A stretch of DNA of 64,000 nt from Camelus ferus (Eukaryota). The notes beneath the pieces were generated by a model that saw only the letters and a list, made by a program, of their open reading frames with translations, searched no databases and had not been told where the DNA came from. The position numbers and the translations under genes are program-made. Location of the stretch: the NCBI RefSeq assembly GCF_009834535.1, contig NC_045696.1, positions 59,088,001 to 59,152,000 on the forward strand, written 5' to 3'. Within the stretch, counting starts at the first letter, position 1; each line of letters starts with the position of its first letter. This document shows positions 13,040 to 26,439 of this stretch, in pieces.

Positions 13040-14560
13040 TATAATTTTTTCTTACAAAATCTATAATTATCATCTTCCTGACACTGAACATGGCTTTAAC
13101 ATATCCCCTGCCCCCCAACAGCCTGCCCCATATTGCTAGTGATGTCTAGTTTTCATTTTAATTCTATTTTTAAACCACACACACACTTAGGAATTTTTTG
13201 CATTGTTAACAGTTAAATGAATATAAATATATTTTGTCAATTTCCATGTTCACTGTTGTTTCTTATATTGTGCATCTTTTCTCGTTGTTCAATTTTTTTC
13301 TTTCTAAAGTATATTTTTAAGTAATTCTTTCAGTGAGAGTCTGAGTTTATACTCTTGGTCTTTATTTTTCTCTCATTCTTGTAGGACAGTTTGTCTAGGT
13401 AGTATTCTGTGTCCAACACTTAGAAGTTGTTCGTCTATTTTCTTTTGCTTATGCTGAAACATCTATCAGTCTGCCATTTATTTATACGTGACATATTTTT
13501 CACTCTGATTTTTAGTTGGTTGTTATGGATTGAATGTTTATGTCCTCCCAAAATTCACAGGTTGAAGCCTCAAATCCCAATGTGACTGTGTTTGGAGACT
13601 GGGCCTTTACAGAGGTGATTAGAATTGAATGAAGTCATGAGTAGAGCCCCGATCAGATAGGATCAGTGTCCTTGGAAGAAGAGACAGGAGCGAGCTCGCA
13701 CACTCTCTTTCCCTACCAGATGAGCACACAGTGAGGAGGCAGCCATCTCCCAGCTGGGAAGAGAGCTTTCACCAGAACCAAATCAGTTTTGAACTTGGAC
13801 TTCCCAGCCTCCAAAACTGAGAAACAAACGTCTCTTGTTCAAACCACCCAGTCTATGGTACTGTTATGGCAGCCCAAGCAGATTCATACATTGGTCTTTT
13901 CCCCTGCCTTGATTATGCATTTTCATTACAGTATGTGTAACTGTGGATCAATTTTTATTTAAATTCATAGTATTAGGAGATACTTTTGAATTAGGAATTC
14001 ACATTGTTACTCAACTCTGGAAAATTATTAGCCATTTATTTAAATACCACTTCTCTTTCATTCCCTCTGTTCACTCTGTAACTTTTATTAAAGAATGTTG
14101 AAGCCTGTCAATTCACCTTTCATACCTCTAAACTATTTTTTTTCCTTACAACTTTTATATTTCTGCACTACAGCCAGGGAAAGTTCCTTTGCACTATTTT
14201 CTAATCTCTTAACTCACACTTCAATGATATCTAGGAATCAGTGTATGCTATCTATTGTATCTTTATTTCAGTAACTACATCTTTCATTTCACATTTTTTA
14301 TATATACGTGTCTGATCTTATTTTATGTATGCTTCTTTTTCACAATTCCTTTTTTTATAATGAAAGTTATGCCTTTTTTTCAGGGTGGGGGCACATCCTC
14401 TACCTACTTATTATAAAGTCTTTTTCAAACTATTCTATAAATTAATTTCACTTGGGATAATTTCCTATCCTTACAGTTGATTCTGCTACATGTATTTCTT
14501 GATTTATTTTCAATTTTGGAGTTGCAAGTTCCTTTTGAGTCTGTTCTTACTTTTGTTATT
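13040..14560 (-). mobile_element. Old L1 fragment, interrupted by an MLT1A/B LTR
   Basis: T-rich antisense L1 ORF1/ORF2-like sequence. Confidence 0.6.
13521..13890 (+). mobile_element. MLT1A/B solo LTR
   Basis: tgttatggattgaatg...gattcataca with a perfect 5-bp TSD ttggt (13516-13520, 13891-13895). Confidence 0.9.
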
Positions 14561-15949
14561 TTGTTCCTCTCTCTCTCACCCTGTTTCTCCTTGACCTTCC
14601 AGGCCTCCAATGCAGAAGCAGGTTGGGTGTTACAGCCCCACAGGAAACGGCAGCCGTGGTCACAGAACCAGCAGGCAGCAGAGCTCAGTTCCTGGGAGCG
14701 AGGCTATGTGCTTGTCCTTGCTTTCCTCGGCCCACAACTTCTGTCCCAGTCTCAATCCGCAGGCTGACACTCCTCCTCCCCTCTTACATACCCAGGCTTC
14801 TTTCATGACTCAGTGGCTCTTCTTCAGCCTTGGTTTCAAACCTCACTCTGGTTTCTCAACGCCTACAGAGCACTTTTGGTCTCTTACTTCATAGGAGCCA
14901 AACTCTTCACAGCCACTGCCTCCATCCAACCCACAGCACAAGAAGTTTCAGCCCCTGATCACTTTTTTGCAATTCTCTTCTTTTATGATCCACAGAGATG
15001 GTTACTTCACATCTGAGGCTAGTTATGTCCATTTTTTTTGCTTTCTCTTTCCTTTTGTCCATCACAGATGTGAGTCTGGAGCAGAAGCAGTTTTCAAAAT
15101 GTAAACAAAATGTAAATTAGCAATCTGGTCCTCCTTCCCAAAGTGGCATGCGCCCCTAAAATGAAACTTAAAAAAACGACGAGGGGACGATATGTGAATG
15201 CCAATCACTTCTCTCTGGAGCCAGACAATATTTTTACCTCGCTAAAGCCTCTCTGTCCAAAAGTTGTGCAAGTATGGTGAGGAAGGCAAAGATACCCACT
15301 GCTCTCTGCCACCACTCACCCTGGAGATTTGGGAACTTCTCCTTTTATATCTAAGTTATGCACTGATCAAACCAACTGGAACAGAGGACTGTGGCAAGAA
15401 CTTGAGAGACTAATATAATCTTTCCCATTCAATCAAGGGTAAAAACTTCAGGGAGAGAGAATCGGATGGAAAGAGGACAGAGTAAATGCTATGATGTGGC
15501 GTATCTCAAAACCACAAGGCCATTCTTTTCAGAATAGAACTTGCTACACTGGAACATGGGCACCTGAGTCTTCAGTGTCTGTGATGTTGTCCAAATAAAG
15601 GGACATAACTCAGTCTGGAATCAATAAATGGAGAAAACACAAGTAGCTTTCCCTCCCCTTTGACCTGGAAAGGGACTTCTTCCCTGCCTGTGGGCATATA
15701 GGGAGGTTTCACTTTCAAATAGAATAATTCAAATTTGGCATTCCCTTATAACATACCGCTACGACTTTCTCATCTGTTTATCCACTGGGATCTTCCCAGA
15801 ATTGGCCTCATAAGGGTACCAGGTGGGATGAGATGAGGCACATCAATTTTGGCACTAACTTCCAGGGTTTTACTGTGTATGTGTGCTTACATTTGGTTTT
15901 GCTTCTTGCCAAGTCTACCCTAACACAGCCAGTTTTTCATTTAGCTACA

Positions 15950-16200
15950 CTATCCATTCAAATATTTATTGAGCATTTACTGATAATAACAGCTCCTATT
16001 TAATGGGGACCTATTATATGCATGACAATGTATTTTACATACCCATTTAATCTTCATAAAACCTAGTCATTCGAAGTAGGCAATGCTATCCTCATTTTTC
16101 AAAAGAGAAAACAGGCTTACAGAAGTTCAGTGATTTCTCAAAGTCATACAGGCTGGAGCTTGAATTTGGGTATGACTCCAAAAACCATAATGTTTTCGTT
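15950..16200 (-). mobile_element. L2 end / MIR
   Basis: aatatttattgagc motif and MIR core (ctatcctcatttttcaaaagagaaaacaggct). Confidence 0.65.
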
Positions 16201-16839
16201 ATTGCAATCTGAGGACACCTGTTCTTTTTTTTTTCTTCCCCCTATAAAAAAAAATTGTGTGTTAAGAGCTATAGCCTTAAGTTTTCAACAGTGAGTCAAG
16301 GCCAGCCTAAAACAGCCTACTCTGGGGCTGTCACCTGGCCAGTATATATTCATTTTCCCCTTCCACCTCAATTCTGCCATTGGTGCTCCTGGGGCCCGGA
16401 GTCCGGCAACTCTTGTTACAGATAGAGGCAATAAGAACTGAGTCCCTAATGGTATTGGATTCTGGGCCCTGCTTAGTCAGTGCCCTGAGTCTTGGTAGTT
16501 TTCCTACTGCTGCCGTGGATGCTCTGAAGATTTGTCTGTTTGTTAAGCTTATTTTTATCGCTTGCAGTGGTGCTCAGATCCCGTGGTACTGGCCATGGCC
16601 CTGAAGATGGTATATAATAGGTATAAAAATGCAGTGGGACTTGGAAGAACTGAGAGGTCTCCAGAGGAGGAGAGGCCTCAAAGTACTAGGGAAAGAAAAA
16701 CTGGAGCTGCTTCCCCAGAAATACGGACAGCCTCTAAGCCTTCACCCACTCCTTCAGCCTCTTTAGTAATTCCCTGGACAGCATGGGAGAGCCACGGGCC
16801 TTGGTTCACCAAAATGCTTTTCCCCACTCCATCCTGAAA

Positions 16840-17030
16840 CCAAATGTGCTAAGTGCTCTGTGTGCATAACTTCATTTGAGCCCTACGACATCCTATGAGG
16901 TGTAGTGCTATCATCTCCATTCTGTAGATGGGAAAACCGAGGGAAAGAGAGGTTTTATAATTTACACAAAATCACACAGCTAGGATTTGAAAACAAGCAG
17001 TTAGATGCAGAGGCTGTACTCCAAACTTCT
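16840..17030 (-). mobile_element. MIR
   Basis: MIR core ctccattctgtagatgggaaaaccgagg. Confidence 0.75.
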
Positions 17031-17624
17031 GTAGAAAGAGCCTCATAATAAAAATCAGAAAAGATGGATATAAAATCGGTATGTGTATATATTAGTTATG
17101 GGGATGGTGGGGTTGGGTTGTGCTAGGTCAACATCATATTTTGACTGGTGAAAGGGGGATGCTCTGTAACCTTTCCACACATTGTCTTCTAAGGGATGCC
17201 TGCTCAGTTGGAGGGGACAGAAGAATTCCTGGCCCACAGCACATCTGACTCACAGCAGCCAGCCAATAAATGTTAGCTGAAGCAGAAGCCCTTTTAAGTA
17301 AACTCCACCTACCAGAATGACCGTTTTAGGCAACACCCTCCACTCCCTCTGTGCAAGGTACTGACGGATGCCACTGCAGGCTGAATGCTCTGGGCTACTA
17401 GGTTACTCTCGAGTTCTTTAGCCCACCTGCCCCTCCTGCTCCTTCCAGGTAAGCTGTAGGCAAGAGTCAGCTGCCTTGCGCCAAAACCATTTGTGCCAAT
17501 TGTATGTATTACTTAAATTACGTAACTAAATTCACATATGATTCAGCCTGACTCAATCATGCCAACTGCCAGCCATTTCCAAAATTCTAATCAATGAAGC
17601 TGTGTCATAACACATGATATTAAA

Positions 17625-17880
17625 AAGGCTGTCCAAATATCACTATCATATAAAGAGCTTCTATAACTCAAGAAGAAAAAGACAAATAATTTAATAGAAA
17701 AATGAGCCAAGGACAAGAAGAGATAATCTACAAACAGCCAAAAAAACATGGCGACATGCCTAATCTTACCAGAGGTAAGTAAAAATTAAATTAACAATGA
17801 GATAGCATTTATTACCCACTAGATTGACAAAAGTTTAAATAACGGGTACCATCATGATTTGGAAAGGTGTGGGAAATCAA
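17625..17880 (+). mobile_element. Old L1 ORF2 3' fragment
   Basis: L1 motifs (aatagaaaaatgagccaagga, attttatacccactagattgacaaaa). Confidence 0.65.
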
Positions 17881-18934
17881 ACTGTTACCAGTAATTTCTT
17901 GCAGGTAGAAGAAATAATAAATCCATATACAGAAATAGATTATTAAGGAATGGAGTTTTCAAAATTTTCAGATGCAGCTAAAACACACACACACACACAC
18001 ACCCCCCTCTCTCTCAGAAGGAAAAAGGAACTGTTCTAAACCTGAAACACTATTCTTAAACTAAAATTCCAAAAACATTTAGAGCAATGTGGCATCACCA
18101 AAATAAGAGATGACAATACATACCCTCCGAAGAGGACTACTGTGATTTAGAGGATGACTTCCAGTATGTTGATTCAAATATGCTTCTCCCAGCTCCGCAG
18201 GCCCATCTCAGAGGGTGTGGCAGCAGCATGCCCCCCACACACTCCCCCAGCTTGGGGAAGCCACACTGGTCAGCGGCAGCCCCCGTCTCTTCTCTTCCCC
18301 ACGCCCTCATGTACAAGGCTGGGGCTGTCCTGGGATGGACAGTTTGCCTCTCACATTCTTTGATCAGAACACTGCTGTGTCTCTGACCTCTCATGCTTGA
18401 AACAGACTTGCTGGTATTTGAGCCCTTAGGACACCCAGCGCCTGCAATAAAATAAAGTTCCAGCTTCTCTTCAGTGGGGAGACCCACTAAGCCAAGGACA
18501 TAGTGTTCTATCTATACAATGAAATGCAGATTTCCCAATAAAAGGCAAAATTCTTGACTTCAGGAGGTTGAAAAGGATGGAAAAAAATTCCAGCTGGTTA
18601 AAGTTATGGCACTGAAAAAAGTCCTGTCTGAGACTAATTCTTGTGTCTGAGCCCAAGATGCTGTCATCTTGCCATGGATTGTTAAAATATTCACTCACAG
18701 CATGCTCCAATCCTCAAAGCTGTGCCCTGAGACAGTTGAAATTGGTCAATAAACACAGTGGTTCAGTCTTGCTGCCTCCACTTCTGAAATAAAGAATATT
18801 TTAGCTGAACTAGTGCCAGGGCAACATGTACGGGAGGCTGCCTTTGGTTAAAAACTGGTTGGACGCTGTGTTACTTGTTAAGATCATGAAAGAGATGTCA
18901 ATAATCCTTCTTGCTCTGTGTCTGAAAGAGGAGA

Positions 18935-19190
18935 GTCATACAATACAGTGAGCTGGGCCTCGTGGGCATGACAAGTAGGCTCTGGGGCAACACTACTGGG
19001 TTCACAACACAGCACCATCACTTCCAGCTAGTGACCGAGCCTAAGTCTCCCAGCATCTCTGTCCTTCTATTTTCTCATCTGAAATACAGGGACACTAACA
19101 GAGCTCACCACACAGGGTCATCAGAAGGGGCAAAGGAGTTAATCCGTGTAAAGTGCCGTCCTCCAAGGAAACACTCAAATGTCAGTTATT
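18935..19190 (+). mobile_element. MIR
   Basis: MIR core (tttctcatctgaaatacaggg...gagttaatccgtgtaaagtgc). Confidence 0.65.
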
Positions 19191-19524
19191 ACCCTGGGAA
19201 GGGAGAAGTGGTGGGTTGGGGGGAAGGTGGAAGGGCTTGAATGTCTATCATTGGCTTGACAACCAGTGTAGGAGGCATTTATTCATGTGCTCTCCCCAAG
19301 CTGTCCTCTGGCCATTTACATCTAGCACTTCCCTCGTACCTCTCTGTGCGTGTGTCATCTCCCGAACTAGATCGTTGGCTCCTGGAGGGCAGGATGGTGT
19401 CCTTACCAAGCACAGAGTCTGGTGCCCAGTAAGCCCTCAACAAATAACCTGATTGACTCTGCTTGCTGTTCACCTGTGGTGTGAACTGGACTCAAAATTA
19501 ATCACACAAACGACATTAAAATTT

Positions 19525-19635
19525 ACTTTTTAATTTTTGGGGGGGAGGAAGTAGGTTTATATGTATTTATTTATTTTTAACAGTACTGATAATCGAACCC
19601 AGAACCTCTTGCATACTAAGCACACACTCCAACAC
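19525..19635 (-). mobile_element. Degenerate Vic-1-type SINE
   Basis: Antisense B box (atcgaaccc) and the same G-run/AT tail as the copies at 6057 and 57903. Confidence 0.75.
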
Positions 19636-20074
19636 AAATGCCATGTAAATGGGCTTTTCTAGAAGTGCAGCCAATCTTGCAGGACAGTCATCAAAACCAG
19701 TGACAGAGATGGGTTTCTGTGATCCACTGGACAACAACACATAGCAAGTGCTATCCCTCCGGCAGGCAGAGTGCTCTCGTACTCATGGTCTGGGAGTGCT
19801 CTGGTGCTCTCAGCAGGAGCCCCCTCCCTCCCCGCTGCAAAGCTCCTGTGGAGACCCTGTGCAGTATCAGGGCCAGCAGTCTGCATCTTTCCCCAGGAAG
19901 TCTTTAAGGCCCTGTTGGCTCAGCACCAGCCATCTGGATTGCCTCCTGTGCCACCCTCAATATTTCGAGACCAGCTCCAGTTTACAGTCCTAGCTTCTTA
20001 CTCTGACTTCCTGGCCATGTGTTCTCAAACTGCCAAGTTGCGCAATTAAAGTTGGAGAATTCTAGGTCTCTGGA

Positions 20075-20400
20075 GGTCATTCATTCATTCAGCAAGCTTC
20101 CCTGAGGGTCTTCTACACTCCAGGTACTAATCACATTCTTAAAATACTGAATCTTCATAAAAATTACTAACATGCCATTTACTGAATGTTGAGTATGTGT
20201 TAGATTCAGTACTAAGTGCCTTAAACCCATTGTCTAATTTAATTCGGGGAGGTTGATGTTATTCTCATTTTACAGATGAGGAAAATGAGACACAGAACCA
20301 AAGGAACTTGCTTGAGCTCCCATGGTTAGTGAGCTGCAGCAGGGCTGGGATTAAGGCCTGAAACCAGGTTTGTCTGAGAGTCAGCCCTGTGATCATGATG
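20075..20400 (-). mobile_element. L2 end plus MIR
   Basis: cattcattcattc L2 tail and MIR core cattttacagatgaggaaaatgag. Confidence 0.7.
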
Positions 20401-20970
20401 CCTGCTGACTCTCTCTGCCCTTCTTCATCTATTTGTCTTCTCTAGCTTTATGACACTTGTTCATGCCACCCTCACCACCTAGATTCAAAAGAGCTAGACT
20501 ATTTGGAACTTGTCTATTTCACGGGCTCTTCTAGACCTGGGTTGATGTGACAGGTACCAATCCCCCGATGCTAAACAGAAAAGGTGAGGTTCAGGTTGGG
20601 GTTAACAATGTCCGCCTTCAGTACCTCTTGCCTCCCTTTTCTCTTGCTTCCCTCCCTGCTCCCTACTTGTCCTTCCCTCCTTTTCTCTATCCGCTTCCCA
20701 AGGTACCCACTCAGGTATCCCACGGGCTCCCCAACTCAACCTCAAATGAAACTTTCTTCCCTTCTTGACTTTTTTGCCAATGCTTTACACCAAGCTTCCT
20801 GGCACTTAGGTCAAAATCACAGAGTCATCAGCATTGAAGGAAACAGAGCACAGTGGTTAAATATATAGGCTCTGGGTTCAAATCCTAAATCTGACCACTA
20901 CTGCAGGACCTATGAATGAGTTACTTAGCTACTTCTGTCTTGGTTTCTTCATGAGGATAAATACAGTACC

Positions 20971-22495
20971 AAACAACAAAGAAAGTGTTTTTGCAACAAA
21001 TGGGGCAAGAACAACTGGATATCCATTAGAAGAGAAAAAGAATTTTGACACCCCTCCTTCATATCATACACAAAAAACTAACTTGAGATGGGTGACATAT
21101 CTGAACATAATAGTTAAAGCTATCAAGCTTCTAGAAAAAAATATGAGGTGATCTTCTATGGGGGACAGCAAAAGTTTCTTAGGACACAGAAAAAAAATTA
21201 GCCTCAGCAAGAAAATTGTAAATTAGATTTTGTCAAAATTTAAAACATCTATTCTTCAGAAGACACTGTCAAGAAAATGAACAGGCAAGTGACAATTAGG
21301 AAAAAGATTTGCAAATCATATATCTGACAAAGAAGTTGTATTAAGAATAAAATAAAAATTCCTAAAATTAAATAATAAAAAAACCCACAATTTTTTAAAT
21401 GGACAAAATATTTGAATAATTTGAATAATACTTCAGAAAGAAAGATATAGAAATGGTCAATAAGCACATGAAAACATTCTTAATACCATTAATCATTAGG
21501 GAAATGTAAATTACAACCATTTTGGGACACTGCTACATATCTACCAGAATGGCTAAAATTTAAGTCTGACAACATCAAATGTTAGTGAGAATGTAGAGCA
21601 ATCAGACTCTGACATGCTATTTGTGGAAGTATAAAAATGGTACAACCACTTTGTCAGTTTCTTACAAAGCTAAACATTGACCTATCCTATGACCCAGTGA
21701 TTTTCCATTCCTGGGCATCTACCCAAGAGAAATGAAAAACATGTCCACCCAAAAAAAGACCTGTACAAGATGTTCACAGCAGCTTTATTCAGAATAGCCA
21801 AAAACTAGAAACAGCCCACTGTCCATCAACAGATGAATGGAGACACAAACTGCAGTATATCCATACAGTGGTATATTCTTCAGAAATAAAGAGGAAAGAA
21901 CCACTGATACACACAACAAAATAAATGGACCTCCAAACATTATACCAAGTGACATAAACTTCAAACCAAAGAATACATACTGTACGATTCCATTTATATG
22001 ACATTCTAGCAAAGGCACAATAAATCTATGATTTAAAAATTAGAACAATGGTGCTGTCCTAGAGAGTAGGGACAGAGACTGACTGAGGAGGAATATGAAG
22101 GAATTTTCTGGGATGCCGGTAATGTTCAAATTCTGAAAGGGGCTTAGGTTGCACAGTTGTGTGCTTTTGTCAAAAGCCATACAATGGCACACTTAAGAAG
22201 TATGCATTTCAGGTATGTAAATTTTATCTCAAAAGAAAAAGAATGTAAACAACTATTGAACTCTAATGAATGGTATGCACACTTAAGTATTTAGGGGGAA
22301 ATATACTAATGCTTGCAACCTACTTTGAAATGCATCACAAAAACAAGATGGCGGATGGATGATAGCAGGCTGGCTAGATATGTGACAAGGCAAATACGGC
22401 AGAATGTTCATTTTAGAATCTAGGTGGAGGGCATATGGCTATTCACTGTGCATTTGTTTCAACCTTGCTGCATATTTGATAGTTTTCATAATTAC
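20971..22495 (+). mobile_element. L1ME-type 3' portion inserted into a MIR (MIR parts about 20840-20970 and 22496-22530)
   Basis: L1 ORF2 C-terminus and 3' UTR. Flanks atacagtacc / acatagtacc resemble a TSD. Confidence 0.85.
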
Positions 22496-23619
22496 AGAAC
22501 ATAGTACCTATAATATAAGATTGTTGTACTATTTTTTCTCTCTTTTCGGTCACCACTCACATCTCCAACACCTGCTAACTTCACATCACTCACATCCCTC
22601 CCCTTGCTGGCTCCCCTGCAGTCTCCAGCCAGGTCCAAGCCCTGGACTCATACGTGGATTGCAGACCCACTGTCCTCCCTATCCCCTGTGTTCCCCCACA
22701 ACAATCCACCCTGAATGTCACTACCATGTAAATTTTTCTCATTCACAGCTCTTAGTATGTGAACCCTGCTGCTCAGCAACCTTTGATGATTCTCCATTAA
22801 ATAATAACCTCTAAACTCTCAGCCTACAACAAGGCCCTTGCATTCTAGCCTTATTCTACTATTACCCTACACAAATACAGAAGTTCTTTACTTTGAGGAT
22901 AAGCAGTAATCTAGTTTTACTTTGGCAAAGAAAGAATAGGTTTCTCTTATTCTAAGCCACCTAGATTGTGGTACTTTTGTTACAGCATCCCTAAGAAACT
23001 AATACATATATTAAAAAGTCTGGAGTTACCCATGGTCCCCAGACACAGGTTTTCTCCCTGTAATCTTGGGTCAGGCGCTCAGAAGCAGCTCCTGCCTCCC
23101 GCAACACCACTCGTTCATATCCACAACAGTAAACATGCCAAGATCTCCCAAGGAGTCCGCAGGAAGCAGCAGGGAGGCCAGCCATTCCTAGGGTTTTCAA
23201 TACAATTTGCTGACCAACTCGGTTTATATCTTGCTGTGGGCACAACCTGTTTTGTAAGGTTTGGCTCCAACAAGCCTAGGATGTGGTCTTTTTACCCTCA
23301 TTTAGAATGACTGATGGTTCGTCTGACAGGCTGAGGGGTCACAGGGAAGTACCATCTAAAGGAGGTAGTTCACTCTCCTGGGTCTAATACCAATTTGGTA
23401 AACAGGAATCATCCCACTAATAGGCTGGCTGGCAATATGGAACAAAAGCGAAAAAAAGAGGGTCATACCTTTCAACCTGGTAAAGCTGTTCTTGGAATAA
23501 AATCCAAGGAAATGACACAACAGAAAAAGCAAACCATTTGGACAAAGATAATTATAGCAGTGTTACTCATAACAGTGGAATAGAAACTGGAAACACCAAT
23601 TGCAGAAGAGTTAAAAGAT

Positions 23620-23975
23620 AGTATCATAATAATACCTAACATTTCCTGAGCCCTCACTACATGGCAGAGAGCACACCAAGTGTTTCGTTTGGATTATCTT
23701 ATTTCACCTTCACGAAAACCTTATGAGCTAGCTGTATTATTCCTGTTTTGGAGATGAACCTGTTCAAGGTCATACAGCTAGGAAGTGGCAAGTGACTGCT
23801 CTATTTTATGCCCTCTGCTTAGTGACTTTACAGTGGCCATGTGAAACTGGGCAAGTTCTTTTTAACTTCACTGAGACTTAGGTTCTCAACTATAAAACAG
23901 GAATAAGAATAACATCATAAAGACTGACAAAAATTAAATACTAAATATGTGAAATATTAAGTAAACTATAAAAAA
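23620..23975. mobile_element. Two adjacent MIRs in opposite orientation
   Basis: MIR cores on the minus strand (about 23620-23800) and plus strand (about 23810-23975). Confidence 0.6.
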
Positions 23976-25810
23976 TTTATCCAAATGAAAAATACTTACA
24001 GTCACTCGACGATAACTGAGTCTCTTATATGGCAGGACTCTAACTGCAGCCTATTTTGTATGTGAAGTTGACAGAATTTTATCTTTCATATGGTACAAGA
24101 TTAACATTGTTTTTTAACCAGAGATGTTACAAGCAGATCTGTGTTTTAATGTTGTTTTAAGGTGCAATAATATAAAATCATCTCAGGATGACAAAACTGG
24201 AACTTTATTTAATTTCTAATCCTCAACAAGTTTTATGAGCTCTCCACTAAAAGCCTTAGTCTGATTCCTCCAGAGGGTGGGCAGGATGAGCCTGGAGCAA
24301 GTTTCCTTAATTCACTGGCTTTCTGCAGGAAAGACAGGGGTCTCATCCCCTAATAGCTGTACCCAAGGGTCTAAAATATTGGCCAGTGGAAAGCAGGGGT
24401 GGAGGTGTCCTGATGGCTTTTAGAAGGGACTCTCCTCACCCCTTCCTCACCTTCACTGGTAGTAAGGATGGTTGCAAGCATGTTCTGCCAGCAGTGAGAG
24501 CCTACGCATGCATGAAGGAGAGTTCTTACTGTTGCCAGGTAGTAGGGGCCAGGCACCATCAAATAGCAGGCAATTATGCAATTGGTGTCACTAACCAGGG
24601 TCTAGCGCAGCCACAGGACTCTGTTCCCCTCCCAGTGAACCAGGCTGAATAACAAAAGACAAAAGCACCAAACAATCCAAGACACCACCCAGAAGTGGCA
24701 GTCAGCCCCTCCCTGCTCCAGAGCGAAACCAGAGACTTGGCCCCTGAGTCACTCCTCCCCACCCCTCAGTCAAAAAATACCTGAGGAGGGAGAAGGGAAC
24801 CAACATCCCTCTCCATACCTTAGACATTCAAAGGATTTTCCCACCATGTTTGTAATTTGTTCTGCATTTCTCTATAGACTTGTCCACCACTCTCTGCTTA
24901 ATATCCTTCAGAGTCCCCCCACATCTCCCCTAGCCCAGGAGAGGGGGCGGTTAATGTAACCCTCATGACAATGCTTCAAGGTTGTGAGCATCTACTTTTT
25001 AGAAATGAGTGAAGGGAAGTTCAGAGTAGTTAAATAATTTCCCAGGTTCACCCATCTAATAAGGTGTTGAACCTGGATTCAAACCCCAGTCTGTGAGCTG
25101 CAAAGCCCAGACCCTTCCCACCAACCACAGAAGTGGCTCTCTCAGCCAATGAGGAAAAGTAGCAGAGATGAACTCTGCAATGTGCCTGTACAGAATCTGT
25201 CCAATGCCCCGTGTTGCCACGGCACCATGTGGTCAGCACGAAGCTGACCAGAGTCACAAAGGTCAGGCGTGCTCACATTCAGGAGCCAGACAGCCCGGCC
25301 CCTCCTGTGGCAGCTCTCCCACACACCAGCACACACCTCTATAAAAGGAGACCAGGGCCCTGGAAACAGGTCAGTCAAGCCCTTTCAGAACACCAGCACC
25401 GCACTGGCATCTGGATGCCTGAGTTCCTGGGCCTGGCAGCCACTGCGCCAACCACAACTCTCAGGAAAAGGAGAGAGTAATTAGAAAGCAGAGCCCCACA
25501 GACCAAACTTAAGTCATGTTTCCAAAATAGCCTCTGAAATGAAAATCAGCCTATGCCTGCAGTGGTAGCACATGGGCCTCACTCCTCCACACAATGCCCA
25601 TGTCTCTGGGCCCCAAGGGGGCCTCAGCAGAGACACCATGGATATGCACAGTTCTTTCCATCCAGCCACAAATAATTACTAACCACCCACTATATGTTTG
25701 ATGGGAGATAAGAGGTGGTACTTCTGTGGCTCTGCTCCTGAGAAGCTCCCAGCTCAGTGACAAGCTAAGAAACAAAGACAGGGCCAGGTGCAGATGCGAT
25801 GCTCTAAACT

Positions 25811-26112
25811 AAGTGGAGTTTATCTTGGGAATGCAAGGCTGGTTCAACATATGAAAATCAATCAGTGTAATTCACCACACTAACAGACTAATGCAGGGAT
25901 GGGCAAACTATGGCCCATGGGCCAAATACAGCCTATTGTCTATCTTGATAAATAAAGTTTTATTGAAACACAGCCACAACCATTCATGTACATATTCTCT
26001 ATGGCTGCTTTCATGCTATAATGGCAGAACTGAATACTTTTGACAGAGACAGTATAGCCTGCTAAGTTGAAATTGTTTACTATTGGCTCTTTTCAGAAAA
26101 AGCTTGTCCACC
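25811..26112 (+). mobile_element. About 80-bp L1 ORF2 piece fused to a MER58A-like hAT element (from about 25893)
   Basis: L1 motif gggaatgcaaggctggttcaacata followed by cagggatgggcaaactatggccc...gttttattgaaacacagcca. Confidence 0.85.
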
Positions 26113-26439
26113 TTTAAACTATTGAGGAGAGCCCTTTCACCCATAAAACTGCAGCAACTCCAACTCTCTCTGCTCTCTGTTCTACAGGTCAGGTTGGGAA
26201 GCAGATGAATATTAGGGTCCCAGATTCCCAGGGCAGCAGGAAAGCAGTCCAAAGTATGACCTCTGATGCTCCCTCCCACTGGTCCCACACCAGGTAGGAG
26301 CTTCAGGACTCTCTGGACAAATATGGCACAGGCTTTTACTAAAGCTTTCATGGTAAGTGCTTAGAGGTGGAAAACCTCTTTCTGCACCTCCGTTTCACCT
26401 TCCCAACCCAACTATCCCGGAAAAGGAGAACCCTGGAGC

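Noticed and set aside
25340..25347. TATAAAAG TATA box on the + strand
   Set aside because: Isolated motif with no supporting promoter context or downstream gene; expected by chance.
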